Source: a virus
Reading direction: 5' to 3' (one strand)
DNA: 64,000 nt
IMG/VR virus record: IMGVR_UViG_3300021373_003510
Location: 1-64,000 of that record
This document shows positions 32,372-41,656 of this stretch, piece by piece. Both the position numbers and the translations under genes were made by a program. Position 1 is the stretch's first letter, and each line of letters starts with the position of its first letter. The notes beneath the pieces are model-generated. The model ran no database searches. It saw only the letters and a program-made list of their open reading frames with translations, and was not told the origin of the DNA.

Positions 32372-34318
32372 TTAAAATTCCAGTACAAACTTAAATTCTT
32401 CTCTTGAAAGATCGGTTCTTGCTAATGGGAAGAAGTCTTCCATGAAGTATACTTCGCCTGATCTTTGTATATAATCTGAGTAGACAACATTATTGGCTAT
32501 AGGATTATTTATTGTGATTGTCTGTCCTCCGTCTGTCCTAATTGTCAAATTAGGATTAAAAGATGTATCTTTATTGCCATCTACACGGTTATTCACATAA
32601 GGTCCTAGATATTCTGCCAAATATACTGTATTCGCCGCTGCATCTATTTCATGCACTTTGGCGACGAATGTAACTTCATTACTTCCATCAACTTGTGTGA
32701 TTGTACTATTTGCTGTTAATTTTGCGTATTCATCTGTTACGATTGCTATTCTATTATCGAATACATCAGGTACAGGAGCAGTATTTGCTTGACCGCTTCT
32801 CCATGTTCCATCACCTACATCTATGAATGTAGGCTGTCTTACGATACCAATAGCACCATAAGTATTTACATCACCAATTTTTGTATTATCTTCTGCTGTA
32901 ATATAGGCATACATTGAAAAATGTTTACATTTGAATTCATCAAATAAATTATAAGCATGGCCTCCAGCAGGTTCAATAATAGGTCTTAATGTTGCTCTTA
33001 CATCTTGTGTAAGTTGATCTTCAGGTGCAAAGCCATTCGCAGGATCGACTAAAGTAGCAATTGCATTTCTATATCCTGTGCCTCTATTTAATATCGTTAC
33101 TGAATTTACCTTTCCACTCGATATTTCAGGAATTGCTACAGCTCCTGTTCCATCACCAATAATATCTATTCTTGGAAATAAACGAATGTTTGAAGAAGCT
33201 TTGACATCGGAAACTTGTAAATCTCTATCTCCATTAAATGTTCCTGTACTTGTATCATAAGCTCCAAATCCAGTTCCGTCTACTGATACTGTAGCAGCTG
33301 CATTAGAATATAATTCAAATGTATCGTCAGTTAAAACTTTTGCATAATATACTGGAGTGCCATCATTATTTGCATCGTTTAATTCAGTCATTCCTAATAC
33401 ATTTTTAAATCTTACTGGTTGATTCTTTACGGTACTTAATCCGTGAGCAGTAGAAGTAATCACAATTGGGTTTGCTTGAGTTGCACCTTCTACAATTCCT
33501 ATAGTTGGATTTGAAACTTCAGGACTTAACACAAGATCAACTCGAGTTGTTGTTTCGTTATAATAATAACTTTTAACTCTAAAAAGGTTTGAAACATTAT
33601 CTACATTATTTGTAATATATGCATAATGACCAACATAATAATCATCTTCTTTACCCCAATCAAGCTCTACAGGTTGTATTGTAAGTGTTGAAGTAGATAC
33701 ATCAATACCTGTTGTGAATGCAGTCTTTTCAAAATAACCATTATTATCTAATGCATTTTCTACTTGAATATCAGACATACCGCCACCAACAACTTCAGTG
33801 GGTGCCGTATTTGCTGTTGGGTCAATTGGAATATAACCTAAAGCATTGTATGCTTCAAATTGTAATGTAGTTAAACGATACATATATTTCCATACGTATC
33901 CGTCAGCTGTTTCATAAATTTGATTTACATTAGCGGAATCATATGTAGGTGGTGATTCAGCAGTTGCACCACGATTATTATCTAAACATTTATAAACTCT
34001 ATAATCACCAGTGTCATTATCATTAGGTCCAACAACTGCATAAAATTTCAATCCGTCTAAATCAAGAGTATCATCGTATTGAGCATAAGACTGTCCTCTT
34101 TGCCAAGGATAGTACTTAATCATAAAATTAATATCTTCGTTTTTAATCTTTTTGCCAAATAATGTATTCTCTAAGAATTCATTTTGAGACACGGCAGAAT
34201 CTACAGGATTAAAATTCCCAATAGTAGAAACGAACATATAAAAATTTTGGTTTGCCTCTACATCGGCAACAAAAAGTTTATTAAGATCGCTCTTGAAGTT
34301 GTTTGTTAGAATTTCCAT
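32372..34318 (-). CDS. gp8: Baseplate wedge protein gp8-like, with an inserted domain
   Basis: YRVYKCLDNN...P...ETADGYVWKYMY core; C-terminal SGEVYFME...R...REEFKFVLEF. Confidence 0.85.
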   Translation of the reverse strand: MEILTNNFKSDLNKLFVADVEANQNFYMFVSTIGNFNPVDSAVSQNEFLENTLFGKKIKNEDINFMIKYYPWQRGQSYAQYDDTLDLDGLKFYAVVGPNDNDTGDYRVYKCLDNNRGATAESPPTYDSANVNQIYETADGYVWKYMYRLTTLQFEAYNALGYIPIDPTANTAPTEVVGGGMSDIQVENALDNNGYFEKTAFTTGIDVSTSTLTIQPVELDWGKEDDYYVGHYAYITNNVDNVSNLFRVKSYYYNETTTRVDLVLSPEVSNPTIGIVEGATQANPIVITSTAHGLSTVKNQPVRFKNVLGMTELNDANNDGTPVYYAKVLTDDTFELYSNAAATVSVDGTGFGAYDTSTGTFNGDRDLQVSDVKASSNIRLFPRIDIIGDGTGAVAIPEISSGKVNSVTILNRGTGYRNAIATLVDPANGFAPEDQLTQDVRATLRPIIEPAGGHAYNLFDEFKCKHFSMYAYITAEDNTKIGDVNTYGAIGIVRQPTFIDVGDGTWRSGQANTAPVPDVFDNRIAIVTDEYAKLTANSTITQVDGSNEVTFVAKVHEIDAAANTVYLAEYLGPYVNNRVDGNKDTSFNPNLTIRTDGGQTITINNPIANNVVYSDYIQRSGEVYFMEDFFPLARTDLSREEFKFVLEF

Positions 34319-34366
34319 GTTTCCGCTTTCGCTCTTATATATTATAGTTTATTTATTACAAATTAC

Positions 34367-36580
34367 TTAAGAAGAGAATGATACCTTTGGTCGCGGCCAT
34401 GCTCGGCCCGATACAGGTCTTCTTCCTTCAGATGTTTGTTCTGAACCGCCTGCGATATATTTACCGCTTCCCATACGAATTCCCCAAGGAATATGTACTC
34501 TTAACGCAGGTGTTCCGTATAGTTCTGTTAAATCAGCTCCACCATTTTGATAATCGTTATCTTTAACTCGATTTACTTCAGATGAATTATATAATTTAGT
34601 TGAAGATATATCACCAGCTGAAGGTATATTACTAAAGTCAATTAAATTTTCACCAATTAAATTTTCTTTTGAGTGTTTTATCATCAATGCTTTTAATTGA
34701 GCAATGCTTGGATATACTCCTCGCTGAGTAAAATACCAATCTAAAAATACTGTTGCACAACCTGCAGCAACAGGAGCAGCACAACTTGTTCCACTAAAGT
34801 ATCCCCAATTTCCATCAGAGAGTGTTAGTGTTGGATAACTTGTCCATGTATAAGCACCGTAAGCCGCAAAATCAATCTGAGGACCACGATTACTGTAATC
34901 ATCCATGAGTCTATTTGTTTCATCTTGTTGACAAGCAGCAATTGTAAATTGATTATCTCCACCATCAATTTCTGATCTTAATACATAATAAGATAATGTT
35001 GACCCAGTAACAATATCGGTAAATTGATTACGACCATCGGTGTCCAAAGTATTTAACACTCCATTTGCACTGCCGTCAATATTAATTTTATTGTTCCATC
35101 TTGGGTCATCAGGATTCACTGCAACGTGAGCATTGTTACCTGCACTCTTAAAATGATAAATTCCATTGTAAGAATTATATTGACCCATTACTGTATCAAA
35201 TGTAGAATAACGAGTTTGGTCAGGAACTGATATCATCCAATAATCATTACCATCTATAGGATCTTCAACGACTCTTGGAATGATTAAGTTATCTGTAAAT
35301 GGTGTTAAGTCAGAACCCCACCCAGCTGGTGTTGATTCTGTCACAATAATTTGACCAACCATTGAACCATGATATTGGCAAATGTAATAATATGTACCTG
35401 CTGCAGTCGGTGTCCAACTCATTGAACTTGTGCCTGCACCAGTCACTCCAGTAACTTGACTTCCTGTTCCTGTTACAGAAGCTGTTTTGAAATACATTGG
35501 GTGTCCACCCGATGCATTATTTGTCATATTAATTGTATCACCAACAACCATATTAATTGTTGGGTCATTACCTGAAACTGAACCGTTCCTATCTGTTCCA
35601 CTTACTTGATAATTACTTGAGTCGGACGCAGAAGCAGTAAAGCTCAAATTTTGAGCAGAACCTGTTCCTGTTGGTCTATTAATTGTCGACATATTACCGG
35701 CTGAATCATATACTTCAAGGGAATTAATTTCATCAACTCGATAAAATCTTTCGTGCTCAACACCAGAATATCCCCATGCCCCAGTTACGACTGTTGCGTT
35801 TTTAACTCCTGTTGCCGGATTTACTGGTTTATCAATATGCCATTGAAGAACTCCATAATAAGCATTTGTAACACCGTCCGACAAATAGATAACTCTTAAT
35901 GTTGATTTTTTACCCCATCCACAATATTTACCACCTGCTGCACTTAATACTCCAATTGCATGACTTGAGAACCAATTTGTATTATTATTCGTTACTTGAT
36001 TATTTCTTGCATCATTTAAAGCACTTGAAACTGTTGACCAATCCATAGGAACAAATTTAGAGTCCGTAGAATCAAACTCTTGGAAGTCAACATGGTTTTC
36101 ATGTCCTGCATTTCCTGCAGCTGGAGAACCGGCTTCAATCGCAACAATATCTACATACTCTCCAAGAAAATTAGACTTAACTGTATCGTCAAATTGATAA
36201 TCACCAAAGTAACCTAATGGAGGAGATGCTCCTGCCACAGGATCAAATTCACTAGAAAGATACATATTCATACCTGTATACTGTGCACCATTAGAACCGC
36301 CTGATGGATTATATCTTGTTCTATATGTTACTGTACCACTTTCGTATCTTGGTGTTGAAGAAGGATATGAATGTTCTATAACGTCTCGTTCAGGAGCAAC
36401 CTCAATAACAAAAGAAACTCCTCTAAGTATTTCTGCCTCAGGGTCTGTTAAATTCATACATATCATACCATCCCAGAGATCAAAGTTATTTAATACTTCC
36501 ATGCCTGCTGCTTCGTTTGAAAGAAAGGCAGCTTCGTCTGTTCCTGGCTCAAGTAATATGTTATGAATACGTTTACTCAT
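34367..36580 (-). CDS. Subtilisin-like (S8) serine protease with an inserted cupredoxin-like domain
   Basis: VDIVAIEAG (catalytic Asp position is Glu), SHAIGVLSAAGG (His), KSAGN (oxyanion Asn), FSGTSCAAPVAAG (Ser); insert HPMYF...YYYICQYHGSMVG. Confidence 0.85.
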   Translation of the reverse strand: MSKRIHNILLEPGTDEAAFLSNEAAGMEVLNNFDLWDGMICMNLTDPEAEILRGVSFVIEVAPERDVIEHSYPSSTPRYESGTVTYRTRYNPSGGSNGAQYTGMNMYLSSEFDPVAGASPPLGYFGDYQFDDTVKSNFLGEYVDIVAIEAGSPAAGNAGHENHVDFQEFDSTDSKFVPMDWSTVSSALNDARNNQVTNNNTNWFSSHAIGVLSAAGGKYCGWGKKSTLRVIYLSDGVTNAYYGVLQWHIDKPVNPATGVKNATVVTGAWGYSGVEHERFYRVDEINSLEVYDSAGNMSTINRPTGTGSAQNLSFTASASDSSNYQVSGTDRNGSVSGNDPTINMVVGDTINMTNNASGGHPMYFKTASVTGTGSQVTGVTGAGTSSMSWTPTAAGTYYYICQYHGSMVGQIIVTESTPAGWGSDLTPFTDNLIIPRVVEDPIDGNDYWMISVPDQTRYSTFDTVMGQYNSYNGIYHFKSAGNNAHVAVNPDDPRWNNKINIDGSANGVLNTLDTDGRNQFTDIVTGSTLSYYVLRSEIDGGDNQFTIAACQQDETNRLMDDYSNRGPQIDFAAYGAYTWTSYPTLTLSDGNWGYFSGTSCAAPVAAGCATVFLDWYFTQRGVYPSIAQLKALMIKHSKENLIGENLIDFSNIPSAGDISSTKLYNSSEVNRVKDNDYQNGGADLTELYGTPALRVHIPWGIRMGSGKYIAGGSEQTSEGRRPVSGRAWPRPKVSFSS

Positions 36581-36583
36581 TTA

Positions 36584-38449
36584 TTAGCTCTCAAGCTTTA
36601 ATGCGTCAATAGTAACTGTTACTGTACCTGCACTTCCTGAATTGTTTTGGATTGCTACAGGAACTTCCGTTTCTGAATTATCAAGCCAACCCATAATAGA
36701 AGGAGTAACTTTAAATGTTGTGTTTGCCGAAGTGGCAATAAATTCTGCTATAACACCAGACCCATCAGCTGGATCCGTTCCTTGTGTTCTACCTGCATCA
36801 GCTGTTCTTGATGCTGTATCGGAATATATTCTTATCCAAGCTTCTTTGTCAACTTGAACTTTTTGTAACGCAAATGATTTGCCTAGTGTTGCATATTGAA
36901 CTGAACCTGAAGCACCGTCTGCAATAGAGCCAGTTGTTTCTGCTTCCTGAACTCTTGAGGCACCACTGCCTCCGCTAGATGATGGGTCAGCAATTACAAT
37001 ATCGCCAATCATTGAACCAGCGTGGACTTGACATATGTATTTGTAAGTTCCGCTTATACTACCAGGTACTTTCCAATATAATACACCGCTTACTTTGCCT
37101 TGTGCGGCACTACCTGTTGTTCTTGTTCCGTCAGGAGCAATATGAACAAGTCCTGTATCATATGCAGATCCACCTGCTGTATTAATTTGAAATGGATGTG
37201 ATGAAGTAACACTTGTTAAATCAAATGCAATTGTTTCTCCAGCATTAACATATAGTGTCGGATTGTCCGCTGTACCATAATGATCTGATCGCCATGATGA
37301 CGAACCGTTTGGTGTTATAACGTGAACTGTTGTTGCTGGGAAAGCAACATCGTGTACATCAAGATCCGCTGTATTAATTTCAGATAAAGCAGCTAAGGTT
37401 GAAGAACCGCCTCCGCCTGTTGCATCGGCAACCCAAGCATAATCAGAACCGTCCCAAGATAATATTTGATTATTACTTGCGCTTGAAACATTTAAGTGAG
37501 AATCAACATCAGAGTTAGCATAACCTGCGGCTGCACTTAATTGACCTGAAGAAGCAGTTAAACCTGAACCTGCGATTGAAGCAACAAAGTCTGCTACTGA
37601 TTCTTTCTTTGTATTACCTGAATCATCAGCATCAATAAATGCAATACTATCTGCGGTAACATTAAGAATTCCAGCATCAACACTATTTAAGTTAACGCTG
37701 TTTGAACCTCCACCACCACCTGATGCCGCAATTGTTACTGTATCGGTTGCAGAGTTAGCAGTTAATGTAATATTAGATCCTGCGACAATATTTAATGTAT
37801 CACCGCCTGATGCTTGAATGTTAACTCCACCTACTGCGACTGTTGTAAATGCATCTGATGATTGAGCAACCCACTCGTAATCTGAACCATCCCAAGATAA
37901 TACTTCGTTACTTTGTGCTGTACTTGTATTTAAGTGGGAATCAATATCAGTATTAGCAAATGATGATCCACCACCGCCACCACCACCGCTTGTCATTTCA
38001 ACCCAACTATAACTTCCGTTTGCGCTCGTACCAAGAACATAACCATCAACTTCACTATTTAATATATTGGCCGAATATACAAATGAGTTAAGTGGGTCTG
38101 TGTAATTTGTTACTGATCCGCCTGAAGTGTCGGTTAATAATTTTCTCCATTCTCCGTGGGCATAATATAATGCTCCTGTGGAATGAGCGTGTCCGATAGA
38201 TCCATGATATGATGATGGATCCACCGCAAGTAATTCTGCTTCCGTTGAATATAAGAATGATATCTTATTTGGCTTATTTTGATAATCAATGTTTCCATTC
38301 ACATCAAATAAGTTAATTGGATTTGTTGAGCTACCTAATGCTAGGTATAACTCATTAAAGTTATCGTTTGTTTTATCGAATGCATTCCTTAACGGATCAC
38401 CTGTCCCGTCATTTGCGGATACACCGATATTAATTGTTTGCTTGGCCAT
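36584..38449 (-). CDS. gp9/gp10-like baseplate protein with a cupredoxin-like domain
   Basis: MAKQTINIG..ANDGTGDPLR.AF.K.N.NF.ELY is the T4 gp9/gp10 N-terminal motif; HPFQI...YKYICQVHAGSMIG. Confidence 0.85.
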   Translation of the reverse strand: MAKQTINIGVSANDGTGDPLRNAFDKTNDNFNELYLALGSSTNPINLFDVNGNIDYQNKPNKISFLYSTEAELLAVDPSSYHGSIGHAHSTGALYYAHGEWRKLLTDTSGGSVTNYTDPLNSFVYSANILNSEVDGYVLGTSANGSYSWVEMTSGGGGGGGSSFANTDIDSHLNTSTAQSNEVLSWDGSDYEWVAQSSDAFTTVAVGGVNIQASGGDTLNIVAGSNITLTANSATDTVTIAASGGGGGSNSVNLNSVDAGILNVTADSIAFIDADDSGNTKKESVADFVASIAGSGLTASSGQLSAAAGYANSDVDSHLNVSSASNNQILSWDGSDYAWVADATGGGGSSTLAALSEINTADLDVHDVAFPATTVHVITPNGSSSWRSDHYGTADNPTLYVNAGETIAFDLTSVTSSHPFQINTAGGSAYDTGLVHIAPDGTRTTGSAAQGKVSGVLYWKVPGSISGTYKYICQVHAGSMIGDIVIADPSSSGGSGASRVQEAETTGSIADGASGSVQYATLGKSFALQKVQVDKEAWIRIYSDTASRTADAGRTQGTDPADGSGVIAEFIATSANTTFKVTPSIMGWLDNSETEVPVAIQNNSGSAGTVTVTIDALKLES

Positions 38450-38482
38450 AGCGTTTTCCTAAAAATTTTTATATATTTATTA

Positions 38483-41400
38483 TTAATAAGTTATATTGTA
38501 ATTATCTTCCAGGTATTTATTAATGAGGTTTCTCATATCTGCTGAAACTGTATGTCCTACATCGTCGTTCATAAATATGACATCTCCGTAATCAACGATG
38601 AAAGAATCTGTTCCATATGAGGTACCTGTTGATTGGCTACCTGAATATCCTTGTGCTTGAGCAAATGCAAATGCACTATTTGGAGCGCTCAAGTGAGTCA
38701 TACCTGTAAAGTTAGCACCACCGTTATATGGAATAACTGTATCGTTTCTTCCATTGAATTGTACTATTTTTCTTTGAGGTATTGGGTTTTTAACTGTATC
38801 ATATCCATCGTTAGCATATGCATCACCTGTAAGTTCTTCATCTGCTGGATAATAGAAATAACCACCTCTGTATTGATCGTCATTAGTTTGTGATCCTCCA
38901 CATAAAATAACATCAACTTCTGGTGCAGTTATTTCTACAGCAGCTCTTAATGCAAGTGCTCCACCATTTGAGAATCCTAAAATTCTAAACTTGGTCTTAT
39001 CAACATTATTATAAAGTTTCAGCTTAGTAATTAAATCATTTAACATTTCAATGTCAGGACCGTTGCTTGCCTCATTTGAAATATTCCATGTATCATTATA
39101 ACCGTCTACTGCGACTAATACATGTCCTGGTAATACGGAAGCATATTGAGAAATCATACCTGCACCGTTACCACCTGCTCCATGTAATAAAATAGCAACT
39201 GGGTAAGGAGCTGAACCTGCTGAAGGCATTTGTACTGTTACTTCATAATCAAAGAAACCTTGGCTCCAATTTTTTGTTATGTTTAAATTTGAATTTGCAC
39301 TTAAGGTAAGTCCGCCTGTTCCGCCAGGTTCGTGGTCGGCTGAAACGAATGTACTATCCGCGGTAAAGTTTGTAATTGAAGCTCGTAATGTTGCTATATC
39401 AGCAATGTCTAATGGTGAGCCTGTTCCTTGGTCATTAAATAATCTTAAGAATCTTGGTCTGATTGTCGAATCAATTTTTGCTTTGAATATAAAGTCACCA
39501 AATAGTTTTGATCCTGCTAGGTGAACACTTTCTTTTAACAAATCTTCATATTCTTGTAATGGTAAAGTGGATTTAATTTGATATGAATACTCCTGGAAGT
39601 AATCACTATCTTGAATCCTTGCTCCAGAATCATAATAATATAAAGAAGGATTTGTACTGTCAATTGGTTTATAACCACTTAGGTGAGAATTCTCTCCTGC
39701 CCAATATCCAGCGGTTATGCCTTGCCTATCAGCTTCAATTCTTCCTTGCACAACAATAGCATTATTTGCATCTCTTAATTCGCCTTGACCTGTCGCAAAG
39801 GTATTAATTTCAGATAAAGGTTTACCTGCTTTCAAATAATCTACATATCCAAACCCTGATTGTAAAATCGCAACTTCTTCAACAACACCAACTGCAAATG
39901 AAGTATCGGTATTAATAATTGCATTTTCTCCAAGAGGATCTGAATTACTATAATCTCGTTCAACAGCAATCACATCAAATATTTGAGTGGGAGTGCCTTC
40001 CTTATAAACATCGTTTCCAGTAAATCCATAATAATCAAATGGAGTAACGGTGATTGACCCCGCTTCGGTATTTACTGATTTTACAACACCTTTAATATTA
40101 GTTGACTGTTCTTGTACTCTATCACCAATTGAAAATACACCTGCATCGCCTGAATCAGTAAATGATATAATTTGATTCTTACGATCATATATGTTAAATG
40201 TATCATCTTTAGCAATTGCGAACACATCGTTAACATATCCGTCGCCTGGGTTAAGATTTTGAAATCCTACAATAGAACCAATTGTTAAATCTTGAATATC
40301 AAATGCATCTTCTAATGCTGTTGATAAAGTAACAGGTGAAGCAGTTCCTGACATTGGAGTAACTGCACCATAATCAGCTGCATTAATATTCACACTTACA
40401 TAAGGTGAAACAACATCAGTAATGACAGATGCAACAGATGTATCTGCAAGTGAAGAAACTTTAACATGATCGGGGTTGTTTGTGTCGGGATATAACTGAC
40501 CAGGAGACGTTTCATTTTTTGTGGTTATTTCATTCCCAGCAGTGTTTACTGTAACTACAACTTCGTTTGAACCACGAGTCGTTGTTATAACACTATTTAA
40601 ATCAAATGCCTTTCCTGCATCCATTCTGAAACCAACTGCACCAATATTTTGTCCTATTACGGTACCTGTGTTTGTTTGTTGGTCTTGAACGGTTTCTCCT
40701 ACAATGTATCTATAAGGGTTGTTATCAGTAATAAGAGATTGGTTTGAAACTAATAGGCGAGTATCTTCAAGTGTATAACCATATCCTCCATCTGCAACTT
40801 CGTAATTAATTCTTCCTGTTAAATCATTGGTAACTTTTGTTACGATTGCTTGTCCTGCATATCCATCTTTTTGTTTGACATCATAAACAGCACCTACTTC
40901 AACTCCTGTTTGGAATACGGTATTTGCACCAGTTGTGTCAGGTACAAATCCTGATAGAGATCCATTAATTTGTCCAAAAGTTACTTGCTCGCCTGATATT
41001 TTTGTTCGTATGTATTCAAACTTTTGAAAGTTACCTTTAATATCATCAAGATAAACGACAGGAGTTTTAATACCATTTAAGATAAAGAAGTTAACCGAGC
41101 GGACGGCAGCAATTGCACCTGATGTAGTACCTTTAATATTACGAGATAATAAATCAAAGTAAGTATATTGTTTTCCAGCTTCCGAAAAGAATTTACCGTT
41201 ATTAGAAAACATTTGTAGGTAAACGCCTTGTCTCCATTCTGAATCAGAAACTTTGGCCATCTTTTCAGAAGGATATAATATTTCAATATCGAACTCTTGA
41301 TAGAATATCGCAAAGAATAATTCTATACCACGAGCAGTACCTTTTGAGCGATATAAGTCAAGAATATTTTTAACAATAAACTTTATAATATCAGATTTAA

Positions 41401-41641
41401 GTGGAAGATCAGCAAGAAACTTTTTCTTAAAGAATATAATCATATTCTCTAATGTAGTATCAATATCCTTATTTTCAAAGTATCTTCTTTGTTGATAGAT
41501 ATGTTGATCTGTTTGAGTCTCAGAGAATTTGTAATAGTCTTCTACTAATTGAACAAGCTCAGGACCATCCTCACGATATATCGCAGGAAATTGTTGCTTT
41601 ATAAAAAGCGAAATATTTTTTTCAATATCACCCTGAGGCAT
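38483..41641 (-). CDS. Baseplate wedge gp7-like protein fused to a C-terminal alpha/beta-hydrolase (esterase)
   Basis: QFPAIYRED...LYRSKGT.RGIELFF and IQDSDYFQEYSYQIKS...VHLAG motifs; follows gp6; C-terminal LLHGAGG, GFSNGG, GRNDTVIP and GHTV. Confidence 0.8.
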   Translation of the reverse strand: MPQGDIEKNISLFIKQQFPAIYREDGPELVQLVEDYYKFSETQTDQHIYQQRRYFENKDIDTTLENMIIFFKKKFLADLPLKSDIIKFIVKNILDLYRSKGTARGIELFFAIFYQEFDIEILYPSEKMAKVSDSEWRQGVYLQMFSNNGKFFSEAGKQYTYFDLLSRNIKGTTSGAIAAVRSVNFFILNGIKTPVVYLDDIKGNFQKFEYIRTKISGEQVTFGQINGSLSGFVPDTTGANTVFQTGVEVGAVYDVKQKDGYAGQAIVTKVTNDLTGRINYEVADGGYGYTLEDTRLLVSNQSLITDNNPYRYIVGETVQDQQTNTGTVIGQNIGAVGFRMDAGKAFDLNSVITTTRGSNEVVVTVNTAGNEITTKNETSPGQLYPDTNNPDHVKVSSLADTSVASVITDVVSPYVSVNINAADYGAVTPMSGTASPVTLSTALEDAFDIQDLTIGSIVGFQNLNPGDGYVNDVFAIAKDDTFNIYDRKNQIISFTDSGDAGVFSIGDRVQEQSTNIKGVVKSVNTEAGSITVTPFDYYGFTGNDVYKEGTPTQIFDVIAVERDYSNSDPLGENAIINTDTSFAVGVVEEVAILQSGFGYVDYLKAGKPLSEINTFATGQGELRDANNAIVVQGRIEADRQGITAGYWAGENSHLSGYKPIDSTNPSLYYYDSGARIQDSDYFQEYSYQIKSTLPLQEYEDLLKESVHLAGSKLFGDFIFKAKIDSTIRPRFLRLFNDQGTGSPLDIADIATLRASITNFTADSTFVSADHEPGGTGGLTLSANSNLNITKNWSQGFFDYEVTVQMPSAGSAPYPVAILLHGAGGNGAGMISQYASVLPGHVLVAVDGYNDTWNISNEASNGPDIEMLNDLITKLKLYNNVDKTKFRILGFSNGGALALRAAVEITAPEVDVILCGGSQTNDDQYRGGYFYYPADEELTGDAYANDGYDTVKNPIPQRKIVQFNGRNDTVIPYNGGANFTGMTHLSAPNSAFAFAQAQGYSGSQSTGTSYGTDSFIVDYGDVIFMNDDVGHTVSADMRNLINKYLEDNYNITY

Positions 41642-41656
41642 TACTCTTCTCTCTTA

